Shown one piece after another: positions 40,561-54,600 of a stretch of 64,000 bases of DNA. Source of the stretch: Paraspadella gotoi (lineage: Eukaryota > Animalia > Chaetognatha); the NCBI GenBank assembly GCA_051294375.1, contig CM119263.1, positions 4,584,209-4,648,208 on the forward strand. The letters are read 5' to 3'. The position numbers and the translations under genes were made by a program. Below the pieces are notes generated by a model. The model was given only the letters and a program-made list of their open reading frames with translations, searched no databases and was not told the origin of the DNA. Positions within the stretch are counted from its first letter, which is position 1. Each line of letters starts with the position of its first letter.

Positions 40561-42365
40561 TCGCCACACTTTTAAGCCTCACCGTCCTTTTTTTTCTTGA
40601 TACTTTCCCAAAAACCCTTACCCCTTTTCCGTTATTTTTTTCTTTTTCCTTTCCTCTTTCTTTCCTTTTTCTTTTCTTTTCTTTCCTCCGTCGCTTCTCA
40701 CCTCTTTCCGTTCTTTTCTTGCCTCTCCGGTTTTGGTTCTCTCCTTTTGTTTTCCTTCCACTTCTCTTTCTCGTCCTTCTTTATTTTCTTTTTTCTTTTT
40801 TCTCTTTCCTTTCCTCCCTTTTTTCTTTGTTATTGTTTCCCTCGACCGTTTCCTTTCCTCTTTATTTTCATAATTTTCTCAGTTTTGTTTTGTCCTTATC
40901 CTCTTCTTTTCTAACTCTTTCCTCTTCTCTTTCCTTCATCTCTCTCTTTTCTTTTCTCTCTCTCCTCTTTCCCTTCCTCTCTCACTTCTTTTCTTTCCTC
41001 CCTCCCTTCTTTTCTTTCCTTTCTCTCTTCTTTCCCTTCCTCTCTCTCTTCTTTTCTTCCTTTCTGGCCAAGAAGAAAATTCAAGATGGCGTTCCCTCGA
41101 GTCGACAAACTGTAGAGGCGTCCCTCCGCTCTTTTCTTCTTTTTTTTTCTTCTTCTTTTTTTTTCATTTTTTTTCCTCTTTTAACTTTGTATCTCTTCTT
41201 CTTTAGTTGTTCCTTGCCTTTACATTTGTATCTTATTCTACTTATACTTAAGGGGACCAAGTGAACAGGGGGGTAAAAAGCTGAAAACATAACGTTTGAC
41301 CCTTTAACTTAAGCTGGTTCTGATCATATAATTTTTTCTTCTATAATCATTTGGAAAGTAGTTAAAAAATTCGATAAAATCAGCGAGCTTAATTTTCTTT
41401 AAAAAATCGGTAAGAAGAAAAATCTTTTCAAGTTTAAATTTTTTTTTTTTTAAAAGGGTAAGATCTAATTTTAAAAAGATTTTCAGCTTTATTACAAAAA
41501 TTTATAAGAAAAAAAAACTAGGAATGAATCAAAATTTAAGGTATCGACTGATTTTATTTAAACTTTCTTTTCAAATGATTCTGTTAATTGGATGAAAATA
41601 AAACTCTTTGAAGTAATATAAAATATAAAAAGAAGAGAAAGATTCTGTACTTTTGCTAAATTTTTAATTGTTATAATTAGGAATCAATATAGTTTAATTA
41701 TACATTTAAGGGATGAATATGAATATTAACTAATAATTATTACAGTTTTGTTTCTGTAAGAATAGAATTTAGGTTTGATTTGTCTGCCTTTTAAATAAAT
41801 ATAAAAAATAAAAAATATTAGTCTTGTATAGCCTTTGTTCAATGAGGCTTAAACCTAAAATTATAGCTTTGTACAGTAAAAAATAAAAAATTGGAATTTA
41901 GTAAAAAAATACTTTCTAATGCAAAAATAAAATAATGGATTATATAAATATTTAGGTAGGGTCAACTAAATTTTTTTTTCATAATTATTAAATTTTTGTT
42001 TCCGCTACAATAAGAGATAGGAATTTTTTTGCCACTTTCCCGTGCAAAGAAAAATTAATGACTATCACCATTCAAATTCCTTTGATGATAGACCCTTAAG
42101 CTTATGATATCATTTTTATCACTGGGTCCCCTAACGGAAAAGTTTCATCTCTCAAAATTTTTTTATTCTACTTTTTTTTTACTTTTTAAATTATATAATT
42201 TTTATCTTTTTTTTTTCCAAATTCAGTTTTTAAATTTTTCCTTTTCTTTCCTCTTTTTCATTTTTCTTTCTCACTTTTACAGACAATGAAGACTACATGA
42301 AATAAGGCAAATGGTGAATCTACCAACGCGAGAATGTTTTCAAAGTGCGAAAGAGAGAGAGAGAG

Positions 42366-42473
<108 letters not shown>

Positions 42474-42565
42474 GAGAGAGAGGGATTTAAATCATCATTT
42501 TTTTATACGACTCTTTTCGATTTGTTGCTACCAAGATCTTGAGCGAAACGCGAGAGAAGAGAGGA

Positions 42566-42648
<83 letters not shown>

Positions 42649-42721
42649 TGAGGGAGAGAGAGAGAGAAGAAGAGAGAGAGAGAGAGAGAGAGATATTTCA
42701 AATGCTTTTTCTTTTAGCAGA

Positions 42722-42883
42722 CGTACGAACGAACCAATAAACGAACGAACGAACGAATGAACGAATGAACGAAACGTACGAACGAACGAACGAACGAACG
42801 AAGAAACGAACGAACGAACGAACGAACGAACGGAACCGAACGAACGAACGAACGAACGAACACGAACGAACGAACGAACGAAC
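42722..42883. repeat. (CGAA)n microsatellite
   Basis: Directly visible tandem tetranucleotide. Confidence 0.95.
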
Positions 42884-43169
42884 AAACATACGGCTAAATT
42901 AATTATTACACAAAAACTTTTTTTTTCTAAAACATAAACTGAAATATGGTTTCATTATTATCTTTTAAAACGACCCCCTCCACAGCCCCTGCCCCTTCCT
43001 CGCTCCTCCCCTTCCCCCTTTAGTCTTTTGTTTCCTCAGTTTATCTCTTTTATTTCTCGTTTTATTTAGCATAATAATAGAGACGCCCTCTATTTTGTTA
43101 TTCGCTTATCTTCTTTTTTTAAAAATAAACCTAACGTTCTTTTGTCTTCCTTTTTTTTTTCTCCCGCAG

Positions 43170-43238
43170 AACCAAATCCACGCGAATCAAAAATGCGACG
43201 CAGATTTTCCCTTCAACTTCTCATTGGAATTCCCTGCG
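43170..43238 (+). CDS. FGFRL1: FGFRL1 exon, juxtamembrane and start of TM helix
   Basis: CAG|...|GTGAGG, 69 nt, phase 1/1. EPNPRESKMRRRFSLQLLIGIPCG vs human TM start VVIGIPAG. Confidence 0.8.
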
Positions 43239-43674
43239 GTGAGGAAGGGGAGAGTTCCGTTTTTTTATTTCTTTTATGTTTCTATTTTGGTTTAGTTTGG
43301 TTTTTGACTTTTTGGTTTGTATTATTTTTTTTTTTTTGTTTTTTTTTTTTTTTATTTTACTAGGAAGTACTTACTATCTATTGAAAAACTTTTTTTTTTA
43401 ATTTTCGCCGGTCCAAATGATATACAACGTTTAGTTAATTCTATATATAGCTAGAGGTTGTATTGAGCTTCACATCTTTAGCAGACCCACAGCGCCAACA
43501 TAAAATATTAACTTGTCCACTTAAATTAGTAATTTAAATGGCCTATCTTTTAAAAATTGAGATAAAGAATGAGAGAGTGTGATTTGCCTCAAATGTCTAG
43601 CAAAAATTAAGTCACAATTACAAAGTGATTCAAAGTAAATTAAAGCCGTTTCCTTCCCTCTCCCCCCCGCCCAG

Positions 43675-43985
43675 GTTTAGCCATTCTCCTCGCTCTTCTT
43701 CTCATCTTTTGTCTCAAACGAAAACGAAAAGGCGCGCGAACGCCGCTCGCCGCAGCTGGACTCTACGACGCCGACAGCGGCGCGCTCCGCTGCGTCGGCG
43801 GCGTCGGAACCTGCGTCACCAACGGCGGCGTCGGCGGCGTCGGCGTCGGCGGCGGCGGAGGCGGACCCTTGGCCGTTCGCAACGGAGTCGGCAACGGGGT
43901 CGGCGTCGTTCATTTCGCTACATCAAAACGTCCACTGCCCTCATTTCACCAGCATCAACATCATCATCTCCATCATCACGGGAAG
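43675..43985 (+). CDS. FGFRL1: FGFRL1 exon, end of TM helix and His-rich cytoplasmic segment
   Basis: CAG|...|GTGAG, phase 1/0. LAILLALLLIFC-LKRKRK stop-transfer, then a Gly-rich stretch and FHQHQHHHLHHHGK. A His-rich tail is a known FGFRL1 feature. Confidence 0.8.
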
Positions 43986-44177
43986 GTGAGAAAGGGAGGC
44001 CGGTGGGGGAGGAAAGGGATTGTGAAGTTGGGGAAAAGGAGATAATGAAAGAAAAGAAAAAAAAGTGAAAAGAAAAAAGAGAAAAGGAAAAGAAAAAAAG
44101 GATTTTATATCCGAGAATCGACGAAGCTGAAGGATTTGACAGTCTTGAGAGGAGAGAGAGCACAGAGAGAAGAGAGA

Positions 44178-44247
<70 letters not shown>

Positions 44248-45319
44248 GAGAGAGAGAGGGAGAAAAGGGGAGCAAAGGATCGATAGAGGAAAAGGAAGAA
44301 GGAAAAGAAAATAGAGAAGTAGAAAAGGAAAGAAAAATGGTAAAGAAAACTCAGAAAATTTAAGGAAAGTTCAAATTAGAAGTCTTGTACTCGCAATGTA
44401 GTAGCAATGCTAAAAGTTAAAGCTTCCAAACGAAGTGACAGAAGAAAAAAAAGAAAAATAATTTAAAACTAGAAAATGAAAAAAATGGTTTAGATATCCA
44501 TATATGTATATATGTATATATGTGTAAAAGAAAAATCGAGAGAAACCAAAAAAAAAAGCTGAAAAGTATCGATGACTTAAACATCGGAAGACGTACAAAA
44601 AAAAAAGAAAACCCCCCCCCAAAAAAAACCAACCGAAAAAAAAAACAACATAAAAAAAATTAAAACGAAACACATGTGAGTCTGTCAGACGCGAAACAAG
44701 AAACTCGGCCGATGCTCCTTCGGTGATTCGCGCAATGTTTATGTCCTGAAGATTTGACAGCCTCTGTCGATCGCCCGCGGGGGAGAGTAAGGGGATGAGG
44801 AGGAGGGGAAGAGGAGGGGCCTTGGTGGGGTGTTGAGGGTGAGTGATACTTAGCGTGGTGAAAGGGGAATGGAAAAACGGAGGGGTGAAAGCTTTTCTTT
44901 TATATTTCTTTTTTCTTTTTCTTTTCTTTTTCTTGTTCGACCTATAAATAATAAAGACAAAAGGCTCCGATAAAAAAAAGAGGAAAGACGAAAGATGTCG
45001 CCGTAAAATCTTTAGTGGTCGCGAGAAAAGCAAAAGGCGCGGGAAGTTGACTAGTGAGGCCGCTTAAATTTGTCGTTAATTCGGTGAAAATCTTGTGTTT
45101 CGATTCAAGAGCATTGAGCAATGCCAATGCATAGTATCGTTAATTTTGTGACACTGTCCGACAGGCAATCAGACAAATCGACTAATACACTTACAGACAG
45201 TTACTCAAGAAAAGAGAAGGAAACTCAAATATTACAAATGTCCTTAAATTTCTTCTTTTCCCTTCTACCCTCATTAAACCTCTCCCTCCCCCCCCTTCAA
45301 CCCCCCCCGCCCCCTCAAG

Positions 45320-45706
45320 ACGGTGATCGAGAAGGAATTCGTCTACCCCTCCATCCTACCAATCGCCCCGCCCACCAATTTCTACGCCTCTACTTCCGCC
45401 ACGCAGCGCCCTCCGACGTCGAAGGCGTATCACGAGCTCCTCTCTCCTTACGCCACGTCCGGCGCTAGGGGTTCAGTCGTCGGCGGTAGCGGCGTCAAAA
45501 ACGGCGCGCCGGCGACGCCGTCCGCGCCGCTTTGTCACGACGCCGGATGCAACACTTACTCGCGCCCGATTCCGGTCTCCACGTACGGCTGCGTCGGCGG
45601 CGGCGTCGGCAGCGTCGGCTGCGGCGGGAGCAGCAGCGTCGACGCCTTCGCAGACGCGGACGCCGGAAACGCTGCTGAAGACGTCGCCGCGGTCGTCAGT
45701 CGATGA
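45320..45706 (+). CDS. FGFRL1: Probable terminal FGFRL1 exon (cytoplasmic tail); may extend to ~46001 if a frameshift near 45700 is an error
   Basis: Pyrimidine tract and AAG acceptor; phase 0 continues the previous exon (TVIEKEFVYPSILPIAPP...). GC-rich coding-like sequence continues past the stop in another frame. Confidence 0.6.
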   Translation, partial: TVIEKEFVYPSILPIAPPTNFYASTSATQRPPTSKAYHELLSPYATSGARGSVVGGSGVKNGAPATPSAPLCHDAGCNTYSRPIPVSTYGCVGGGVGSVGCGGSSSVDAFADADAGNAAEDVAAVVSR

Positions 45707-46139
45707 TGGGCGGGGCGGGTTTGGCGGCGGCGGAGGATTCGGCGGTTACGGCGCCGCTTCGGTACGGTGCGCGGCGTTGGCGGGGGCGCGGTGGTTCGAT
45801 ACCCGACTCCATCGCCGCACGGAGACGCTCACTCTCCACCGCCGCTGCCCGGAAACGGCTGCAGCGGTCGGGGCGAGCGGCGGTAGCGGCGGTGGCAGCG
45901 GCAGCGGCAGCGGTGGAGGTCAAACCCAGTCTCTCTCGGCTACGATCACCACGACCCGCTCCGGTGCACAGACGGCTCATGTCCCAAAAATCACAGCGTG
46001 AAATCACTCACTCCTGTCTGGAATCTTATTTGGAGAGCCTCTACCGGCCGAGTTCGAGATGAGGAGGATGAGGAGGAGGAATAAACTAAAAACAAAAGGG
46101 AATCAATTTGATCGAAGTAGTCCCGATTCTTTGTATCCC

Positions 46140-46193
<54 letters not shown>

Positions 46194-47395
46194 TCTCTCT
46201 CCATCGCTTTCGAGGTCGCCCTTCGTTTTGTTTTCTTACGAGTTAATTCGCTACCCCTAGTTTATCCCCATCTCTGTCTGTTCCTCACTCTCTTTTTTTT
46301 TTATTCCTTTCCTTTATCTTTATTTTCCTCCTGCCTTCTTTTTTTTTTTTTTAGTTCCTTACCCTTCTTTTCTTTTTCTTTTATGTTACCTCAACTTGCT
46401 CTCCTTACTTTCTTTCGTTTTTTCAGATTTTTTCCTTTCCTTGGTTCTTCTTTATTTCGTTTTTTATCATTTTTCCTTTTTTTCTTCTCCTTTTTCCTCC
46501 TCTCCCCTCCCATTTCCCTAAACCTCCCATTTCCTACCTTCCCATTCCTACTCCCCCTTCCCCTTCTTTTGATATTCAACAACATCCTTCATCGAAGAGA
46601 CGAAAAAGTTTTCTTCTCTTCATTTTTTTCCTCGTGGGCGTCGATGGTTTCCTCACCTTTTGAATCCCCGACTTCGCAAAACCTCACCCTTGGTAACGCG
46701 TTTCCCTTTTTGTCTTCGACCCTTACCCTCTCCCCACCCGTGTTACCCTCCCCCTCCCCTCTCCCTTTTTTTTTTAGCCACTTGTTCGTGTACGATTTTC
46801 GCGCGCAATCGATGATTCGCTGAAACGCATCGTTTCCACCTCCTGATTGGTCAATGACAAAAATATGATGTTAGTTTTCTGTTCTTTGATTGGCAGTCAA
46901 AAAAAAAACAAAGAACTCACCAAAAAAAAATGGAGGAGATGGAAAGATTTCTGCTGAACTCCCCCCCCCCCGAGATTTTAGTATTTATATGATTGACATT
47001 TTCTTACGATATTTGCACCGTTAAATGTTTTATATTGTACATATTCCTGTTTTTATTTTCTAATTTAAATTGTCTGCTAAAAATGTTTTTAAAAATTTTA
47101 ACTAATTATTACCTCGACGATTAGAAGAAGTTCGACTTTTTTTTTAAAGATTATCGAAAAAAAAAANNNNNNNNNNNNNNNNNNNNNNNNNNNNNNNNNN
47201 NNNNNNNNNNNNNNNNNNNNNNNNNNNNNNNNNNNNNNNNNNNNNNNNNNNNNNNNNNNNNNNNNNNNNNNNNNNNNNNNNNNNNNNNNNNNNNNNNNNN
47301 NNNNNNNNNNNNNNNNNNNNNNNNNNNNNNNNNNNNNNNNNNNNNNNNNNNNNNNNNNNNNNNNNNNNNNNNNNNNNNNNNNNNNNNNNNNNNNA

Positions 47396-47427
<32 letters not shown>

Positions 47428-48309
47428 AAATAGAGAAGGAAATGTAGGAAAAAAACAAGAAAAGTTATGTGACCCAAAAAACTATCAATATCAAAATACC
47501 CAACTTAACATTTTTTTCCTAATACTTTTTTTGACTTTCTTTCTTTCTTTTAATCATGAGGTCACGTGATTTGATCGCTATAGTCACGTGACTGAATCAC
47601 AGATGGAAAATCGACGAATTTTTTTCGGTCCATAAAAAACGAGCCGATTATTTTTTGATCTTTTGCCATCTTGAGAAATAAAGCACTTTTTTCATCTAAG
47701 AGCTTTTTTCCTTTTCTTTTTTTTTTGAGCTATCATGAGGCAAGGGAAAAAATCAGATTAGAATGTAGCTAGCGAAGAATTAAATTAATATTGAACTTCT
47801 AAAGACGTTGATTTAATCTTGGTGAAAAAGTTTTTTTTTTTTTTTAATTCAATGAGTGAGACTTAAAAATCCTGGGCGGAACTAGGTTCGACCGCGGGTT
47901 GTGAATGTGAGACTGAGTGAGACCGATGATTTATAGTCGTGATAAACGAAGGGAAAGAGCGAAAAGTTTCATCGGAACTTTAAGAGTTACTTTTTAAGAA
48001 ACGACGACGTTGATTATAAATGGTTATATGTATATGTTTGTAAGGTTCTGTTGTTAATTTTGTTGTTGACAGAGATTTTTACGGATAGAAACGAAAGATT
48101 GACTGATTGACATTGACATGATAGAAATGGTCAGTTGGCTAATTGTTTAAGACAAAAAAAAATAAAATAATACAAATAATAAACCACGGTTGTTTTAGCG
48201 AAAATCATAGCTGGTGTACAAGAAAAATAGATCGGGTCTTTTGCTACAGGTTAAATAGCAAAAAATAGGATAAGGGTTATAATGTAATAATCAATGAAAA
48301 TGTAATTAA

Positions 48310-48792
48310 TTGAATTGAATTGTATTAAAGAAACGGGCTTTGGGCTACATTGTGCCCCTAAAAGCTACATCAATTTACAAAACGATATTCACAAGTTGAA
48401 AAGTATTTAAAGATATAAACGAAAATCGGGTAGAGTTTTTATCCTAAACATGTTTCATGAAATCTTTCCAAGAGGCAGTTCAAACAATCTTTCTTTTTCG
48501 AAATGTTGTCCCAACCTAATAAAAGCTCTATTGGTGACATATTAGTGTAGGTCAAATTTTTTTCAATACGATCAACAATGGTATCAAAAAGAGAATTATT
48601 TCGAATCATGTTTTTTAAACGTCTTACTGACATATTTCTTACATATTCAGATAGTGGGATCATACTTGCTGCATCTCGCGCGAAATCATTATCAATATGT
48701 ATCGGTAATCTATGAAAAATTTTAATAGCTCGCAGTTGAAGAGTATCAAATTGAAAGTCCAGCCTGGATTCTAGGTAGATTTTCTTATATGC
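48310..48792 (-). mobile_element. 5'-truncated non-LTR retrotransposon (LINE) 3' end
   Basis: Open frame YKKIYLESRLDF..LQLRAIKIFHRLP...SPIE resembles the RT thumb/C-terminus (YK..IRS.LDY; LQ.RA.K.I..LP). It is followed by a short UTR and a (CAATT)n tail. Confidence 0.5.
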
Positions 48793-49780
48793 TGTTCAAA
48801 AAAAAATTAAAGAAAAGGCATTTTAGTATTAATACGTAAAACAGGCAATTTTTTAAACAATATTTTTTTATCCTAACAAAATACATTATTATTTCAAAAA
48901 ACCAAAACGAAAAAAAATTGCTATTTTGTTAATTTCCTTTCTCAAAGATTTTTGTTGTAGTTGCTCGAGACATCTGACGGATACGGCATTTGTTTTATTT
49001 CGAATGTTTCGGGACTTGAAAATACATTTCAGTGAAATTAATTGTATATTTGTGATTTTGTCCTATTTTTCTAATTAATGTAATAAATTATTAAAATTAT
49101 ATGTTAACAATTGCATATTTTTCATAGTTTTGCATTAAAAAAATCTAAAAAGTAGCAAACATTATTAATATTACTACTATGTCTTTTTCCAGACATTTAG
49201 TATTAAACTAAAAAACCAAACACCGATGGCGAAACTTTTTCGTAAGACGATTCAAGATTAGAAACTTGATCTTCAGCAAGTTGTAGCAATTTACAGCATC
49301 ATTTACAGATAGCCAAGTTGAGCAACAGCACCTGCCGTCGCTTCTGACGCAACTGTTTTCTCTGTTTTGCTGCTGCTTTTCTCGACCGACGCTTTCCCTG
49401 CAGTTGCCGCTGAAGCTGCTGCCGCTGTTGATGACTTATCCCTTCTACTCGATGACTTACCTTGTCAGCTCGTGTCGAAACTTGAATGTGGAAAATAAAT
49501 GTCAAATGTTGTGATGCGAAATAAGAGAGGAAAGATTTAACTTTAAGCTCATCTTTTTTTATGTCCTTATGTTGTCCTAATTTTGCCATTTATTCATACA
49601 GTATTATATATGGTAACTAAGAATTAAAGATTACACAGTCATACAACGTCTCACATAGTCTCACAGTGAGTGAGTTAGTGACACAAGACGCAACTTTGCT
49701 TGGGGTGATTGAGGAATGCAGCAGCCGCCGCCGCCGATGCAGCTTCGGATGGTCCCGCCTTACGAAAGAAACTTACCTAG

Positions 49781-49859
<79 letters not shown>

Positions 49860-50763
49860 CAAATACCTTACCTCAGAATTTTAGCAGCTGCTTCAGCGGC
49901 AGCCACGTCTCTCCGCAGCCGACGCAGCGACGCCGAAGGTAAGCAACACGAAAAACAGGTTCGACGAATAATCATCATCGTCGTCGTCGTCATCGTCGTC
50001 ATCGTCGTCATTTCTTTACTCGATTCCAGTGACCTTTTTTTCCTTTTTTTTTTCCAAATTTTCCTTTTTCTTTTTCTCAACGGAAAGTAAAGTAAAGAAA
50101 CTCGAAAGAATTAGAGAGAAAAAAACTCAGCATCGGTGATCAGTAAAATATAAACTCGCTATCATCGTTCTCGACCAAACGGTGAGTAGGTTGGGCCTTT
50201 TATAGTATTTTAATTATTATTTTTCGTTAGGCATTAAGTTATGGTATTTATTTTTGGGACTACTTCCCGGGTCTTCAAGACCCGTGACTTTATCGTTCAT
50301 CATTTTGAGTTTCGATCCGAACGTCGAACTCGGTTTTCTTTTTTGATTTAAAAAAATTAAATCTTCTTTTAGCGGATTTGCGATCGTAAATCCGGATTTA
50401 TTTTCTTCCAAAAATCTCGCAGCGACGACGACGACAACAAACAACAACATTTCGCGCGATTTCGTCTTAACCAAAAACTCACAACCTCGAAAATTGACGG
50501 AGACGCTAAAGTTAGATAGAGAACGAGACGTGGCTCGGTCTCTTGTACGAAACTGTGTTAGTCTGAGTCGTTGTGAGATAGAGACATCGACTTTGTTGTC
50601 GTCGTCGTCATCGTTTCTTCATGAGTCACCAGAGACAACCGCAAACTTTTTTTTAAAATGTAACCTCATTTTGGATTTGATAGAAAGAAAAAATCAGTAA
50701 GAAGTTTATCCCCTTTTTTTGCTCTGTGTCCCTCTTTGAGGGCTTTTTAGCAAGTTCGAATCT

Positions 50764-50856
<93 letters not shown>

Positions 50857-51596
50857 TCACTCGCTCGCTTCTAAAAAAAACCCCACCTATAAAAAAATTT
50901 ATTTTATTTCTTGTTTTTCATCAAAATTCTTCTTTTTGATCTCAATTTCTTTCTTCATTTTCCAAACTTGAAAATTGTGAAACTTAAAAGTTTAAAAAAT
51001 TAAAAGAAATACGAGTTAAACATAACAAACAATGTCCTGAGAAAGTTAGGAGATGCCTTTAATAGAGCATCTCTTCGTAACGTTGTATCCTGAGGGTTCC
51101 TCACCTGGTAAGTGAGAGTGACCGACTTTCCTCTTTCACTTTTTACGATTTTGTGAATGTGACTGTGATCTCGTGAGACGGATCGCTTTCTCTTTTTTTC
51201 ATTTCACGGTTTAGGTTTCGTCGAATTTTTGTTTGCGTTCAAATGACAATGGCGAAGAATGTTTTGAAGCGAATAGATAAAATTATATCCTATCTGTAAA
51301 TCAACTCTTTACCATTTTTAAAAAAATATTCTTGATCTATTCTCATTTATGAATATTTCAAATGTCATTTCTACTCTTTTTCTTCAACGCAAATCTTAAT
51401 GTCAAGTCAGTATCGTGACGCAATTCTCTTTTGTCTTCTTTGTCAAGTCAAATCTGTCATCTCTTTTTGTTATCTCCTTCGTCATTTCCCCGGTCAAATC
51501 TATCATCTTTTCTTTTTTGTTAATTTCTTGGTCATTCCAATCCCAATTCTCAATTTTATTTCAGTTCGATTCCAATGGACCAAAATTGACGGGGTC

Positions 51597-51613
51597 ATGA
51601 GTTCGATCCCCAA

Positions 51614-51650
<37 letters not shown>

Positions 51651-54600
51651 GCGACGGTGACAACGACGACGACCAACGGCGACACTTCCGTCATCTACGA
51701 ATACGAATACGACGTCAACCATCTGCCGCCAGATCTTCTGCACAAATTGCGGCGAGAGCATCCGGAGGCGGAGTTTAGCATCTTGGAGGACGTTGCTGAA
51801 GAGGACGAGGAGGAGGAGGAGGAGGAGGAGGAGGAGGAGGAGGGAGCGTTGGCGGTGGTTGAATCCCCCACGATCGATGAAATCGCGGAACTGAGATCGA
51901 AACTCCAAGAAAGTAAGTCTCTTTTTCTTTCTCCAGCTTCGATCTTCAACTTACCAATTTTAGTTATCGACAAGAATATTTTTGTATTTCGTTAATCTTC
52001 AATGATTACGATTTTGTTAACTTTAATAACGAGTCTCTCCTATCATAACTCAACATTTGTTATCATTTGGTTTCAAAAAGCTGCACTATTACTAATAGCT
52101 GAATTTACGTTTCAAAACTAATCCTCGTTGCATATTTTTCGATTCAAGCACTCGGGATAAGGTTATCCAGTAAGTATGACGATGATGAAGTAAGAAGTTT
52201 AACCTTACATTAGCTTAATTAAACAATAGCTTCGAACGGGATACTTTTTTGGACTGAAGGCCCTATTTGGTCTTTCAATTAAGTGAATCAATCATCAATT
52301 TATTACCGTGCAAAATTTAGACAACCAAAAATTTTTGGGAGATGGTTCTAGAAAGTTTATAAGGTGCGTCGATTATAATAAATAATAGAATATAAATTAT
52401 AATTTCTAAAATAGAAAACGGAGCACGACGTAACGTAACGTAACGTAAGAATTAAAACTAAAAGCTTTTCACGTTTATAACAAATTCGCTTTTGCGCTCC
52501 TCACCCCGTTTAGCGAAATCTTGGGATGACGACGGGAAAGAAAAGACGAACTTACCTTTATTTTTCCTCCCACACACACAAATAGGCGCCCTCACCGACG
52601 GCGTCGCTCACACAGAACTCGAGTCCAGCTTCGAGGCCACGCCCACCGGGATAGTGGCGGCGCTGCGATCGAAACTTGTGGCGTCAAAGGAGACGAAAGA
52701 CGCGGACGACGACGGGCGACGATCGTGGACCTACGAAGGGACGTCGACGATGACGGAGACGTTTTCGTCGATCACGACGACGCGGGTCGTGCCGAGATCA
52801 CAGGTGAGAGGGTAAGGAGGGTGAACGCCTCCTGAAGGGTAAGTTAGGGTCGGAAGAGCGTGGCGGGGGAGGGCTAAGGGTAAGATCCACGAGGCTAAGA
52901 GCCAGTGGGGTGGCGATGGTAAGTGTAATGGGTGTCATAGTGTGAATTAAGGGGCAAGGTGAGGTTGAATAGAATATGGCCGCCGTGAAGGTTTGGGATA
53001 GTCTCTGGCGAGGGTATGGTCGTGATAGATGTGGTAAGTCGCGAGAAGATGAGGGATGACGAATTAGACGGTGAGGGAAGAGAATAATAAAAGTAAGGAG
53101 AGAGGAAAGAAAATTGAGGAGGTGAGGAATTGGGCCAAATCAAAGGAAACATAATCATGGCGGAGATACGAAAAAGCTGTCAAAGAAACGGCTTTGCAAA
53201 ATGAAACAACAATACTATGAAACAGTAATGAAACAATAAAAATAATAATTTACAACAAACTTGATTTCCAGGTTTTCGATGATCTTGATGGTGAAGACAA
53301 ACCGACGGAGAAACCGATTGTTGAAATGCCTGAGTCGGAGGAGGACGACGACGACGAAGAAGAAGAAGAAGATGAGGAAGACGACGAAGAAGAAGAAGAT
53401 GAGGAAGACGACGAAGACGACGACCCTTCCCCCGTCAAACCTGAAAACGATGAAACCGAAGAGGCGCCCGCTCCAATTTCGCGCCCGCGTTCTCTCGTCA
53501 ACATCGTCGTCCCTGAAAAAGTTTTCGGAGTTGACGACAGCGACGACGATCAAGACAAATCTGATGACATTGATCCTAGCAAAAATACTAAAGCATTAGA
53601 AAATAGCATTGACAATAAAGACTCTTCGGATCCTGGAGACGACGAGGAAGATGATGAAAGTAATGATGATACAACAACTCATATCATCACGCCAGAAGTC
53701 GGCACGAAAGTCGAAACATCTTCCGATAAAACCGAAGACAACCCCGCCCCAATTTCGCGCCCCAGATCCCTCGTCAACATTGTCCTGCCCGAAAACCTAT
53801 TCGGCGTCGAAGAAGACGACAAAGTGCTCGAAAATGGCATCGACGACGATGCAGATGACGAAGACGACGACGATGAAGACGAAGTGGAGAACGAAGTGGA
53901 GATGGATGATAAACTGGAGAAGATGAGAGCAGAAATGGAAGCGATCGTCGATAAAGTCAAATTAGAGGACAACGACGACGACGATGACGAAGTCGTTCTG
54001 CGCAAACCACGCCCCATTCCGATTACCAAGGACGAAGAAGACGAGGAAGACGACGACGACGACGACGACGAAGAAGAAGACGATGAAGAGGCGAATACGG
54101 CGGAAAATTCACAAAGCGAAGACGAAGTTGAAATTAATTCGCCGAGGATTATGCCGAAGAGAGAATCAATGATCGCGGATCTGCCCATCATCGGTTCCAT
54201 CGATGAGGAGGACGAGGACGACGAGGACGAGGAGGAGGAAGACGACGATGACGAGGACGAGGAGGAAGACGAAGACGATTCGACGACCGGGTTGAAGAGG
54301 ACAAAGTCCGTCGTGTCCATCGTCGTTCCAGAAGAAGTTTACGGAGACGAGGAAATTGTTGAGGACGAAGAGAAGGAAGAGGGAGAGAGGGAGGAGGGAG
54401 AGAAGGTGGGGAAGACGTTGGAGGAAAGACTGGTTGCGTTGAAGGCGACGCCGGCTGAGGGTAAGAAAGAGGAGGAAGAGGAGGAGGAGGAGGATGAGGC
54501 GCCGACGACCGAATTGAAGCGAACCAAATCCGTTGTCTCTATCGTCGTGCCTGTAGAAGTCTTTGGGGAGGAAGAGCTTGAGGAGGAAGAGGAGGAGGAG

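Noticed and set aside
43677-43913. Minus-strand Ala/Asp-rich ORF and plus-strand poly-Arg ORF
   Set aside because: Alternative frames of the FGFRL1 TM/His-rich exon.
49299-49940. Ala/Arg-rich exon-like patches with splice-like sites on both strands
   Set aside because: Could not build a consistent gene model or assign a strand.
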